Shown: one piece after another, positions 41,961-51,545 of the stretch
Layout: each line of letters starts with the position of its first letter
How positions within the stretch are numbered: the stretch's first letter is position 1
Origin: Bacteroides sp. CAG:545
GTDB taxonomy: Bacteria; Bacillota; Negativicutes; Acidaminococcales; Acidaminococcaceae
Assembly (NCBI GenBank): GCA_963659725.1
Contig: CAVKUS010000002.1
Location: 31,494-95,493, forward strand
Length of the DNA stretch: 64,000 bases
Direction: 5' to 3'
The notes under the pieces: generated by a model
The model's database searches: none
The model's input: the letters and a program-made list of their open reading frames with translations, nothing else
Told to the model about the DNA's origin: nothing
Position numbers and translations under genes: made by a program

Positions 41961-42401
41961 TTACTTCAGCAATTCCTTTTCTTCCAGATACACAGCCAAC
42001 AGCTGCGCCACCTTATTCACCAGCTTCAGACAGTTTTTCAAATGCTCACGCGTATTAAACTCATACGGCATCAAATCACCGCAGGCGCAGGAGCCAAATT
42101 CTTTGGCAAAGCGCTCATGGAATTCCAATGTCAGCGGATAAATTTCTGCCAACGGTTTGTCACTCGGCTGATTGCGGCCTGCCAGCGTACTGATGACCAT
42201 TACGCAGCCTGCCATCGCCCCGCACAAATCGCGCGCATGGCCAATACCACCGCCAAAACCGGAGCACAGACGGAAAGCGTTATCATCAATATTCACGCCT
42301 GCCTCCTTGCGGAAGGTTTCCACAATCGCTTCGCAGCAGTTATAACCGCTCTTAAAATTGTTGCCTGCTGCCATGCCCATTTTTTCGCTAAATTCACTCA
42401 T
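41961..42401 (-). CDS. C_GCAxxG_C_C-family redox protein
   Basis: SGYNCCEAIV..., ...LCGAMAG... and ...CACGDL.... The start was moved to the ATG at 42401, which has a strong AAGGAGGAG Shine-Dalgarno. Confidence 0.75.
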   Translation of the reverse strand: MSEFSEKMGMAAGNNFKSGYNCCEAIVETFRKEAGVNIDDNAFRLCSGFGGGIGHARDLCGAMAGCVMVISTLAGRNQPSDKPLAEIYPLTLEFHERFAKEFGSCACGDLMPYEFNTREHLKNCLKLVNKVAQLLAVYLEEKELLK

Positions 42402-42436
42402 GCTTTTCTCCTCCTTGCATAACAATATTAAAATGC

Positions 42437-44134
42437 TTACTTTTTATCGTTATCGCTTTCTGTTGCATACGGCCAACCGCTCATGCCTCCCTCCAGGCTG
42501 TAAACATCACGGAAGCCACGGGCGCGCAGGATAACCTCTGCTTCGTAGCCACGCAAATCAATCTGGCAGGCTGTAACTATTTTCTGCTCTTTATCCATCT
42601 TGCTGATATCCGCTGTCCGCAAGGTATCAAGCGGAAGATTTACTCTCGACGGAATGTCGGCAATACGCTTAGCTGCCACCTCTGCCGGCGTGCGTACATC
42701 AACGAATAAATAATCCTCCTGCATGCGGTTCTTTTCAAAGTCTACAGGATTAATGCTGCGCAGCTGTCCGTCAAGTTTATTTTGCAGGACATTGGCTGCA
42801 GTTGCGATATTCTCAATCGGCGTATTAAACGGCGGAGCATAAGCCAGATCAAGTCCGGACAAATCCTCCAGAGTTGCACCTAAAGAAATTGCCGCCGCCA
42901 ATGTATCAATACGCTTTGCTACGCTCGCTCCGACAGCCTGTGCACCCAATACGCGTCCGCTGCTCTTTTCCGCCAACAGCTTCAGCACAATACGTCCTAC
43001 TCCCGGCATATAACCCAAACGATCGAAGCCGGGCACAACTACGCTTGCAAATTCAATACCGGCCTGCTGCGCAGTCCGCTCGTTCAAACCGGTTGCCCCA
43101 GCTTCCTGCGTAAAGAAGCGACAGGCGGCAGTTCCCAGGACACCGGGATATTGCTTTTGCGCTCCGCAAATATTATCTGCAATCACACGGCCATGCTTGT
43201 TGGCGGTAGAACCCATAGGCACAAACACCTTGGCTCCGCTGACACGATGAGTGTTTTCCGCACAGTCACCTCCGGCATAAACTGCATCATCGCTTGTCTG
43301 CAGGTATTCGTTAACCGCAATACAGCCGCTCGGACCTATAACAAGGCCGGCCTCACGCGCCAGCTCCACGTTCGGACGCACGCCGACGGCAACGATAACC
43401 AGCTGTGCCGGGATTACACGTTTATCTGTCTGCACTCCGCTAACTTTACCGTTTTCTACGGTAAAGGCACCTGCTCTTTCCTCCAGATAAATATCGAGCA
43501 GCGGATTTTTCGTATCACGCAGCAGCAGTGCTGCCATATCCTCATCAAGCAGCTGCGGCAGCAGCCTGTCCTGCTGTTCCAGAACGCTGGTATGCAAACC
43601 GCGGCGCACAAAAGCTTCTGCCAGCTCCAGACCGATAAAGCCTGCGCCGATGATAACTACATCCTTAACGCCGCCTTCGGCAATTTCCTTATCTACCGCT
43701 TCAACATCCCACGGGAACCAGAAGCTGTGAATACCTGCGGCATCAGCATTAGGCAAGGGAAGCTTCACCGGCGTACTGCCTGTTGCCAACACCAGCACGT
43801 CATAAGACAGCTGTTTCAGCTCTCCCTTTTCCATATAATGCACGCATTTTTGCATTCTGTCTATTTTTTGCACATTACAGCCACAGCGAGCGTCAATGCC
43901 CTTCACGGCCGCAAAATAATTACTGTCGCGCAAGGCTCCCTGCGGTGTATGGTCAAAGCTATCCATGCTCTTGACCTCACCGCTGATAAAATACGGGAAG
44001 CCGCAGGCGCCATAGCTCAGTTGCGGTCCGCGTTCCAGCACGATAATCTCTGCTTCGGCATCCAGCCTACGCAAGCGCGCCGCCGTTTTCATACCGGCGG
44101 CCACCCCGCCGACAATTACTACACGTTTACCCAT
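42437..44134 (-). CDS. CoA-disulfide reductase/NADH oxidase-family flavoprotein fused to a C-terminal rhodanese domain
   Basis: VVIVGGVAAG FAD fold, redox Cys in SYGACGFPY, a second dinucleotide fold VVIIGAGFIGLE, and a C-terminal rhodanese with the active-site loop (VTACQIDLRG). Confidence 0.85.
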   Translation of the reverse strand: MGKRVVIVGGVAAGMKTAARLRRLDAEAEIIVLERGPQLSYGACGFPYFISGEVKSMDSFDHTPQGALRDSNYFAAVKGIDARCGCNVQKIDRMQKCVHYMEKGELKQLSYDVLVLATGSTPVKLPLPNADAAGIHSFWFPWDVEAVDKEIAEGGVKDVVIIGAGFIGLELAEAFVRRGLHTSVLEQQDRLLPQLLDEDMAALLLRDTKNPLLDIYLEERAGAFTVENGKVSGVQTDKRVIPAQLVIVAVGVRPNVELAREAGLVIGPSGCIAVNEYLQTSDDAVYAGGDCAENTHRVSGAKVFVPMGSTANKHGRVIADNICGAQKQYPGVLGTAACRFFTQEAGATGLNERTAQQAGIEFASVVVPGFDRLGYMPGVGRIVLKLLAEKSSGRVLGAQAVGASVAKRIDTLAAAISLGATLEDLSGLDLAYAPPFNTPIENIATAANVLQNKLDGQLRSINPVDFEKNRMQEDYLFVDVRTPAEVAAKRIADIPSRVNLPLDTLRTADISKMDKEQKIVTACQIDLRGYEAEVILRARGFRDVYSLEGGMSGWPYATESDNDKK

Positions 44135-44232
44135 AATGTCACCTCCAAGAACGGATTTAACGTTGTCTTACTATTTAGAAAATTTAACCCTCAAAACTGC
44201 TTCATTCAGCAAATATTGCTCTATACTCATTA

Positions 44233-44270
44233 TAACAAAACAGCCTTCGAAAGCAAAGCTACGAAGACTG
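44233..44270 (-). terminator. Intrinsic terminator at the end of the aro operon
   Basis: On the minus strand, a 9-bp stem cagtcttcg/cgaaggctg with one G-U pair, followed by ttttgtt. Confidence 0.6.
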
Positions 44271-44290
44271 TTTACCAAAAATATTATATA

Positions 44291-44728
44291 CTATTTTGCT
44301 TCGTACACGCTCAGCGCTTCCATTGCCAACGCGTAACCGGCGAAGCCCAGGCCGCAAATCTGGCCGACACAGCCTGCTACAGTTACAGAATGATGTCGGA
44401 ACTCCTCACGCTGATGGATGTTGCTGATATGCACCTCAATCGCAGGAATGTTTACTGCCTTCAATGCGTCCAGAATTGCTACGCTGTAATGCGTAAATGC
44501 TGCCGGATTGATAACAATGCCGTCAAAGTGGCCGTAAGCATTCTGAATAGCGGTAACAATATCGCCCTCATAATTGCTCTGCAGCAGCTCCACCTCTACG
44601 CCAAGGCGGTCAGCCGCTGAACGGATGTAAGCACACAGGCTGTCATAATCATCACGGCCATAGATATTTTTTTCGCGGATGCCCAGCATATTAATGTTAG
44701 GACCATTCAAAACTAAAATTTTACGCAT
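44291..44728 (-). CDS. aroQ: Type II 3-dehydroquinate dehydratase
   Basis: 145 aa with ILVLNGPNINMLGIRE... and ...SNIHQREEFRHHS.... Confidence 0.95.
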   Translation of the reverse strand: MRKILVLNGPNINMLGIREKNIYGRDDYDSLCAYIRSAADRLGVEVELLQSNYEGDIVTAIQNAYGHFDGIVINPAAFTHYSVAILDALKAVNIPAIEVHISNIHQREEFRHHSVTVAGCVGQICGLGFAGYALAMEALSVYEAK

Positions 44729-44730
44729 CT

Positions 44731-45231
44731 TTATCCCTCCAGCTTAGCGGCTACATTCAGCAGCTCATGCAGAACTCTGCCGAAATCGCCGTTATTATCA
44801 ATAGTATAATCAGCATATCGGCGGTACAGCGCAATACGCTCGTTATATAAAGTATAAAGCTTCTGCTTATCGGCAGCAAGCAGCGGACGTGCATCGCCGG
44901 CAATACAGCCGATGATGTTTTCCGGCTTGCGGTCAATAAAAATTACAACGCCACCTTGCTTCAGCAGCTCCATGTTTTCGGCACGCTTCACAGCACCTCC
45001 GCCGGTTGCGATAACAGCTCCGTCACATTCCGCCAGATACGCCAGCGTGCGCGTTTCCGCTGCACGGAACGCATCCTCGCTTTCCGCGAAGAACGCCTTA
45101 ATCGTGCGCTGCTCTCGCTCCTCGAGTACGTTATCGGCATCATAAAACGGCAGCTGCAAGCGCTTCGCCATGCGCTTGCCAAAGGTGCTTTTGCCGCAGC
45201 CCGGCATACCAATCAGCACAATGTTTTTCAT
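44731..45231 (-). CDS. aroK: Shikimate kinase
   Basis: 166 aa with Walker A GMPGCGKST. Confidence 0.9.
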   Translation of the reverse strand: MKNIVLIGMPGCGKSTFGKRMAKRLQLPFYDADNVLEEREQRTIKAFFAESEDAFRAAETRTLAYLAECDGAVIATGGGAVKRAENMELLKQGGVVIFIDRKPENIIGCIAGDARPLLAADKQKLYTLYNERIALYRRYADYTIDNNGDFGRVLHELLNVAAKLEG

Positions 45232-46043
45232 ATATTCTGCTCCAAATCCTGCATAATTTTGACGATAAGCTCGCTGTCATATTTTTCGCCCTGCCAGATT
45301 TCCTGAGCAGCCACAGCCTGCGCCACAAGCATGAACAGACCATTGACAGTCTGCATCTTCGCCTCGGCAGCCTGCTTCAAGAACAATGTCTGCTTAGGAT
45401 TATAAATCAAATCTACAGCAGCATCAAAATTGCTGATTTCCTCCGGCGTAACCGGTGCAGCGTTAACTTTGGGATACATGCCCACAGGCGTGCAATTGAC
45501 AATCACATCTCCGGTCAGCGCTGCCAAGCCGTCATAATCAATAAACTTACACTTAGGCGCAATCTTAAGGAAATCCTTATCAACATGGGCAACATCTCGC
45601 GTAACAAGATACAGCTTGCCGACACGCTTATCAACCATATATTTGACAACCGCACGCGCAGCGCCGCCGGTGCCCAGCACCGCAACACGCTTAGCGCGCA
45701 CATCAATATTATTGTATTCCAGCATTCTGCCAAAGCCGAAGTAATCGGTATTGTAGCCTTCGGCACCGTTTTCATCAAATTTAATCGTATTTACAGCGCC
45801 GATAGCCTTAGCCTCACGTGTAATGCTGTCCAACAACGGCATAACGTGCAATTTATGCGGAATGGTAACATTGCTGCCTGCATAGTTGGCACGCAGCTCC
45901 TCCATACGCTTAGGCAAGTCCTCCTGCGGTGTTTCCAGCAGCGTATAATCGCCCTCGATGCCTGTATACTTAAAAAACAGCTCGTGAATCTGCGGTGAAA
46001 GGCTGTGTCCCAGCTTACCGCCTAAAAGTCCATAATGCTTCAT
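45228..46043 (-). CDS. aroE: Shikimate dehydrogenase
   Basis: ...GHSLSPQIHE..., ...NVTIPHK... and VLGTGGAARAV. The start was set at the ATG at 46043 (MKHYGLLG), which has an AAAGGA Shine-Dalgarno. The ORF-track start at 46082 would overlap pheA. Confidence 0.9.
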   Translation of the reverse strand: MKHYGLLGGKLGHSLSPQIHELFFKYTGIEGDYTLLETPQEDLPKRMEELRANYAGSNVTIPHKLHVMPLLDSITREAKAIGAVNTIKFDENGAEGYNTDYFGFGRMLEYNNIDVRAKRVAVLGTGGAARAVVKYMVDKRVGKLYLVTRDVAHVDKDFLKIAPKCKFIDYDGLAALTGDVIVNCTPVGMYPKVNAAPVTPEEISNFDAAVDLIYNPKQTLFLKQAAEAKMQTVNGLFMLVAQAVAAQEIWQGEKYDSELIVKIMQDLEQNI

Positions 46044-46047
46044 CTGT

Positions 46048-47166
46048 TTATTCCTTTCGCTCGTAAGCACGATAATTGCCAAGAACCTTGCAATAGGTGC
46101 TCTTCGATTTTATTTCTTCCATCACATCAATAACCAGCGGATCTGCCAGATTACCGGTGACATCGATGTAGAAAAAGTATTCCCACGTTTTGCCGACAAT
46201 CGGACGCGATTCCAGATTCAGCATATTCAGGCCCATATGGTAGAAGCTGGCAAGCATCTTATACAGTGAGCCGGTTTCGTGCTTAACGGCAACAATCAAG
46301 GTAATCTTATTCGCGTTCGCTACGATTTCCGGTTTTTTAGCGATAATAACAAAGCGAGTGTAATTATTGCTGTTGCTGTTAATCGCCGGTGCAATAACCT
46401 TCAAATTATATAGCTCTGCTGCCTGCTTACCGGCAATAGCGCCTAAGGTTACATCCTGCTTTTCGGCAACCTCCTCCGCACTCTTGGATGTACTGAAATA
46501 AGGAATCTGCTCTATATCCGGATAATCATGGAAGAAATCAGCGCACTGCTTCAAGCCCTGCGGATGCGAGTAAACTGTTTTAATCGTGCCAAGTGATGCA
46601 CCCTCACAGCCTAAAAGATTTTGCTCAATCTTTACGCACTGCTCGCCTACGATACTGCAATCATACTGACGCAGCAAATCATATACCTCGGTAATACCGC
46701 CGGTCGAAGAATTTTCAATAGGCAGTACGGCGTAATCCATCGTACCGTCGCTGATACCGGAAATTACCTCTTCAAAGGTCTGGAAGTGATGACGATTGTA
46801 GCGGCGTCCATGAAAATATTCCTCTAACGCCTGATGCGTAAAGGAGCCTGCAGGACCGAAGCAAGCAACCTCATAGGTTTTGTCGTTTGCTTCCGACAGA
46901 GCAGTTTCTTCCAGCAGACAGGCCTGATCGATAATACCGCGCATAATATTTTTTACAGCCACGGAATATTCCTTGTTCTCCAAAAAGCCTGCAACCTTTT
47001 CGATAACCTTAGCCTCACGGTTTTTATCCTTCACAGGCAGTCCCTTGGATTTTTTATAGGCAGCCACCTGCATTACCAGGTGCAAACGGCTTTCCAATAC
47101 GTCTGCCAGCTGCTGGTCAACCTTGTCTATTTCTTGGCGGATTTTTTCTAAATCAAGCTCCTGCAT
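46048..47166 (-). CDS. pheA: Bifunctional chorismate mutase / prephenate dehydratase (P-protein) with an ACT domain
   Basis: N-terminal AroQ-type CM helix (LEKIRQEIDKVDQQLADVLESR), a PDT domain (...TRFVIIA...) and a C-terminal ACT (ESRP...). Confidence 0.9.
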   Translation of the reverse strand: MQELDLEKIRQEIDKVDQQLADVLESRLHLVMQVAAYKKSKGLPVKDKNREAKVIEKVAGFLENKEYSVAVKNIMRGIIDQACLLEETALSEANDKTYEVACFGPAGSFTHQALEEYFHGRRYNRHHFQTFEEVISGISDGTMDYAVLPIENSSTGGITEVYDLLRQYDCSIVGEQCVKIEQNLLGCEGASLGTIKTVYSHPQGLKQCADFFHDYPDIEQIPYFSTSKSAEEVAEKQDVTLGAIAGKQAAELYNLKVIAPAINSNSNNYTRFVIIAKKPEIVANANKITLIVAVKHETGSLYKMLASFYHMGLNMLNLESRPIVGKTWEYFFYIDVTGNLADPLVIDVMEEIKSKSTYCKVLGNYRAYERKE

Positions 47167-47167
47167 C

Positions 47168-48262
47168 TTATTTCTCCCATTTCTTCGCTTCTAAAAGTAA
47201 ATCCCACAGCGTCCACGCTACCACTGCTTCGATAACAGGCACAGCGCGCTGCACAATACATGGATCATGCCTGCCGACAATCGCCAGCGTTGTATCCGCC
47301 TGCTCCTTAAGGCTCACCGTCTGCTGCTCGCGCGCAATCGACGGTGTCGGCTTAATGGCCACGCGCACTACCAAAGGCATACCGTTGGTAATACCGCCGG
47401 TAACGCCGCCGTTGTGGTTCGTCAGTGCCTGCACCTGGCCGTCAGCGTAATGCAAAGCATCATTCGCTTCGGCACCCGTCAGTCCGGCAAAGCCAAAGCC
47501 GTCGCCAAATTCCACCCCTTTAACGGCAGGTACGGAAAACAGCGCATGGCTCAGCATGCTCTCCACGGAATCAAAATACGGTGCGCCGATGCCAGCAGGC
47601 AAATGCAGTGCAATGGCTTCAATTACGCCGCCCACACTGTTAAGCTCACTCTTGGCCTGCAAAATGCGCTCCTGCATTTTTGCGCCGACAGCGTCATTCA
47701 TAACAGCAAACTTTTTCGTATGCAGCTCAGCTAATTCTGCATCACTTACACCCATAGGATTGAAGCGCTCTTCTTTGATATCGTTAATCTGCAGAATATG
47801 CGAACCGACAACAATACCGTATTGCGCCAGCGCCTGCTTGGCTACAGCACCGGCAAAAACGAGCGGTGCCGTCAGTCGACCGGAAAAGTGCCCGCCGCCG
47901 CGATAATCGTTAAAGCCCTGATAACGCACATGCCCTGCGTAATCTGCATGACCGGGACGCATTTTATCTGCCAGAATGCTGTAATCCTTGGAATGCTGGT
48001 CGCTGTTGACGATACGTGCGCACAGCGGTGTACCTGTCGTAAAGCCATTGAAGAAGCCGCTTTGGATTTCTACCGTATCGCTCTCCTTGCGTGCTGTGCT
48101 CAACGCATTCTGTCCGGGAGCACGACGCGCCATTTCCGCAGCAATCGCCGCTTCATCCAGGGCCAGTCCCGGCGGCAGTCCATCCAGCACTACGCCTATG
48201 GATTTGCCGTGCGATTCGCCGTATATCGCCATCTTTATATTCATGCCAAAAATTCCGCTCAT
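47168..48262 (-). CDS. aroC: Chorismate synthase
   Basis: ...YGESHG..., ...RPGHADY... and ...GRHDPC.... Confidence 0.95.
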   Translation of the reverse strand: MSGIFGMNIKMAIYGESHGKSIGVVLDGLPPGLALDEAAIAAEMARRAPGQNALSTARKESDTVEIQSGFFNGFTTGTPLCARIVNSDQHSKDYSILADKMRPGHADYAGHVRYQGFNDYRGGGHFSGRLTAPLVFAGAVAKQALAQYGIVVGSHILQINDIKEERFNPMGVSDAELAELHTKKFAVMNDAVGAKMQERILQAKSELNSVGGVIEAIALHLPAGIGAPYFDSVESMLSHALFSVPAVKGVEFGDGFGFAGLTGAEANDALHYADGQVQALTNHNGGVTGGITNGMPLVVRVAIKPTPSIAREQQTVSLKEQADTTLAIVGRHDPCIVQRAVPVIEAVVAWTLWDLLLEAKKWEK

Positions 48263-49560
48263 GCCAGCACCTCAATTTTTCCGCCTACGCTTTGGTAATC
48301 CTCCCAGAAGTCAGGATAAGACTTGCTTACACTGCCTGCGCCCGTTAAAGTAATCGGTTCAGCGCAGCACTGCGCAGCAATTGCCAGGCTCATAGCAATA
48401 CGATGGTCGTTCCAGGCATCTGCCTCTACGCCGCCGCGCAGTCCCTCAGGCTTGCCGGTAATTGTCAGACCTTCGGCCTCTTCCGTAATTTCTGCGCCCA
48501 TTTTATTTAATTCACTCGTCATAGCCGCCAGTCTGTCGCATTCCTTGATACGCAGGCGTCCTGCGTTGATAATCTTCGTTGTTCCCTCGCTGACTGCAGC
48601 CAGAACTGTAAGCACAGGAATAATATCGGGGCAATTTAAAGCGTCTATTACCGTTGCCTTCGTTGTACTGCTGTTTACGGTTACGCTGTCATCTGTTTTG
48701 GCAATATCAGCACCCATGCGCTGCATAATTTCTACCACAGCCTTATCACCCTGCAGAGAAGCAAAGTCAACACCGCTTGCCGTAATGCCTGCGCCCAAAG
48801 CACCGCCGACAGTCCAAAAGGCTGCCTGCGACCAATCGCCCTCAACCTTGCTGTCCTGCGCTTTAAAATGCTGCTTGCCGGGCACAAGATAATGACGATG
48901 TGCACCATCTACATTTTCTACTTTAACACCGTACTTCGCCAAGCAGTTCAGTGTCATATCTACATAAGAAGCAGATTCCAGCGGCGAAGTAATAATAATT
49001 TCGGAATCGCCCTTTAATAACGGTAAAGCAAAAAGCAGACCGCTGACAAACTGACTGCTGACATCTCCCGGCAGCTCAAATTTACCCGGCATCAGATGAC
49101 CGTTGACTGTCAACGGCAGATTGCCATTATCATTAAAATACTGCACAAACTGCTTATCAAGAATATCGTAATACGCCTGCAAAGGACGCGATACCAGCTT
49201 GCCATGACCGATAAAGGTCAGCGGACAGCCAAGATTTGCTCCCAAAGGAATAAAAAAGCGCAAGGTAGAACCGGATTCACCACAATCAACATTATCTGCC
49301 GCTGCAATCGGATGACCTGTGCCCGTAATCTGCAAAGCCTTACGTCCCTCTATCATGCTGGGGATTTCGTCCACGCTCACATTCATAGCACGCAGAACGC
49401 GCATCGTTGCTTCAATATCCTTAGACATGCTGATATTATCGACAATGCTGGTGCCGCCTGCAAGACCTGCACAAATGATTTCTCTGTGTCCCATACTTTT
49501 AGATGACGGCACCTGCACCGTTCCTGCCAATTTTGCAGGATAAATTTTTACCTTTTCCAT
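48259..49560 (-). CDS. aroA: 3-phosphoshikimate 1-carboxyvinyltransferase (EPSP synthase)
   Basis: 433 aa with ...PSSKSMGHR... and ...KECDRL.... Its stop overlaps the aroC start. Confidence 0.95.
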   Translation of the reverse strand: MEKVKIYPAKLAGTVQVPSSKSMGHREIICAGLAGGTSIVDNISMSKDIEATMRVLRAMNVSVDEIPSMIEGRKALQITGTGHPIAAADNVDCGESGSTLRFFIPLGANLGCPLTFIGHGKLVSRPLQAYYDILDKQFVQYFNDNGNLPLTVNGHLMPGKFELPGDVSSQFVSGLLFALPLLKGDSEIIITSPLESASYVDMTLNCLAKYGVKVENVDGAHRHYLVPGKQHFKAQDSKVEGDWSQAAFWTVGGALGAGITASGVDFASLQGDKAVVEIMQRMGADIAKTDDSVTVNSSTTKATVIDALNCPDIIPVLTVLAAVSEGTTKIINAGRLRIKECDRLAAMTSELNKMGAEITEEAEGLTITGKPEGLRGGVEADAWNDHRIAMSLAIAAQCCAEPITLTGAGSVSKSYPDFWEDYQSVGGKIEVLA

Positions 49561-49566
49561 TTAGCC

Positions 49567-50631
49567 TCACCCCAAATACTTTGGCACTTCCTGCCAATCA
49601 ACTTTCTGCAGTACGCCCTCGCCTATCTGCTGCAAAATAATGAGGGTAATGCTGTTGCCGTTCTTTTTCTTATCTCTTGCCATTGTATCAAGCAGCTGCG
49701 CTTTTTCTACGCCCGCAGTCAACGGCAAATTATACTTTTCAAGTACGCTCTTAATACGCTCGGCGCTGCCTTTGGCTGTCATTCCCAGCTCTTCGGTGCG
49801 CTTAGTCAGCTGATACATGCCAATCGCCACGCCCTCGCCGTGCGTAAAGCAGCTGTAGCCGAAATGCTGCTCTACCGCATGTCCCAAGGTGTGACCGAAA
49901 TTCAGCAGCATACGCAGGCCCGTATCAAATTCATCCTGCTCTACAATGCGCGCTTTTATTGCACAGCAGGTGGCAACAACACTGTCAATATCTGCCAACA
50001 GCTCCGCATCATCGGCATAGCCGGCAATTTTTTCAAAAAGCGCCGCATCCTTAATGCAGCCGTATTTAATCGCTTCTGCCAGACCATCGTGCAAAAATCT
50101 GGTAGAAAGCGTTGCCAGTAAATCTGTGTCGATAAATACAGCCTTCGGCTGATAAAAAGCACCGGCAAGGTTTTTCCCGGCCTTTAAATCTACAGCAACC
50201 TTGCCACCCACACTGCTGTCAATCTGCGCCAAAAGCGAAGTCGGTATCTGCACAAAGGCAATGCCACGCATAAAGCTGGCAGCGGCAAAGCCGCCCAAAT
50301 CACCGACAACACCGCCGCCAAGCGTCAGCACAACGTCAGTGCGCGTAAGCCCTGCTGCAGCAAGCTGCTCCAACACATCGCTGAGCACCTGCATGTTCTT
50401 GCTTTGCTCACCGGCTTCAATTACCACCTTATGCACAACAAGGCCAGCCTCTTCGAGGCTAGCCTGTAATTTTGCTGCATATAACGGTGCAACATTTGTA
50501 TCGCTGATAATTGCAGCCTTGCGTGCCTTCGGCAGTAAAGCTGCAACCTTAGAGCCGACCTGCGGCAGCAGGCCGGCGGCTATTTCAATATCATAGGCAT
50601 GAGCGCCTAATGCAACATGAATTTTCTTCAT
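49567..50631 (-). CDS. aroB: 3-dehydroquinate synthase
   Basis: 354 aa with ...LGGGVVGDLGGFAA... and ...GHTLGHA.... Confidence 0.95.
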   Translation of the reverse strand: MKKIHVALGAHAYDIEIAAGLLPQVGSKVAALLPKARKAAIISDTNVAPLYAAKLQASLEEAGLVVHKVVIEAGEQSKNMQVLSDVLEQLAAAGLTRTDVVLTLGGGVVGDLGGFAAASFMRGIAFVQIPTSLLAQIDSSVGGKVAVDLKAGKNLAGAFYQPKAVFIDTDLLATLSTRFLHDGLAEAIKYGCIKDAALFEKIAGYADDAELLADIDSVVATCCAIKARIVEQDEFDTGLRMLLNFGHTLGHAVEQHFGYSCFTHGEGVAIGMYQLTKRTEELGMTAKGSAERIKSVLEKYNLPLTAGVEKAQLLDTMARDKKKNGNSITLIILQQIGEGVLQKVDWQEVPKYLG

Positions 50632-51524
50632 TAAAAAAGCTCCCTTCTCCGTGCTCCCGCCTTGCGCATCAGCTCCTTCAGCTTTTCGCCGTCATCACTG
50701 CGCAGAGCGTCGCGCCACAGCGCCAGCTGCTCCATATATTTGTCTATTTCATCCGCAACCTTTTCCCTGTTGGCCAGGAACAGATTGCACCATAATTCAG
50801 GATTGATATCTGCTACACGAGTGCCATCTCGGAAGCTGCCGGCAACGAAGTACTTGGTCTTATCATCAAAGGAAGCGCTGTCCATGAGCGCTACCGCAGT
50901 AACATGCGGCAAATTGCTGGTATAGGCAATCGTGGCATCATGCTGCGCCGGTGTTACCTGCACCGTATGCTTGCAGCCAAGAGCCAAAGCAAATTGCTCC
51001 AGCCAGCTAACAGCAGCCTGTGTGTTATGCTTTTCCGGCACGATGATGTAATTCGCATTCTGAAAAATATGCGCATCGCTCATGCCCAAGCCGCTGCCCT
51101 GACGTCCGGCCATCGGATGGCCGGAAATAAATTCCATGCCATCCTTTAAAAGTGCCTGCCCTCTGCTGATCATATCGTTTTTAATGCCTGCAACGTCAGT
51201 CAGCAAAACGCTTTCGTTAAAGAAATCAACGTTTGCAGCTATAAAGCCCACGATTGCTTCAGGATAAATAGCGCAGATGATTACGTTAGCCTCTTTAAGC
51301 CTCACATCAGGATTTGCCATACCAATGTCTATTATTCCCTGCTGCTTGGCCTCCTGCAATGTTGCTGCATCACGCTCTACGCCAATAATCTGCTTAACGC
51401 CCAGCTTCCGCAGCGCTTTGGCATAGGAGCCGCCAATCAGCCCCAGGCCAACGATAGCAAAGCTGAGCTCCTGCCACTTTGTACTTCTATTTTCGCCACC
51501 AAAATCAGCTTCCAAAAAAATCAC
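50631..51524 (-). CDS. tyrA: Prephenate dehydrogenase
   Basis: Rossmann motif IVGLGLIGGS and ...SGHPMAG.... The likely real start is the TTG at 51515, which lies 7 nt after an AGGAG Shine-Dalgarno. Confidence 0.88.
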   Translation of the reverse strand: MIFLEADFGGENRSTKWQELSFAIVGLGLIGGSYAKALRKLGVKQIIGVERDAATLQEAKQQGIIDIGMANPDVRLKEANVIICAIYPEAIVGFIAANVDFFNESVLLTDVAGIKNDMISRGQALLKDGMEFISGHPMAGRQGSGLGMSDAHIFQNANYIIVPEKHNTQAAVSWLEQFALALGCKHTVQVTPAQHDATIAYTSNLPHVTAVALMDSASFDDKTKYFVAGSFRDGTRVADINPELWCNLFLANREKVADEIDKYMEQLALWRDALRSDDGEKLKELMRKAGARRRELF

Positions 51525-51545
51525 TCCTAAACTGCCATACTACTA

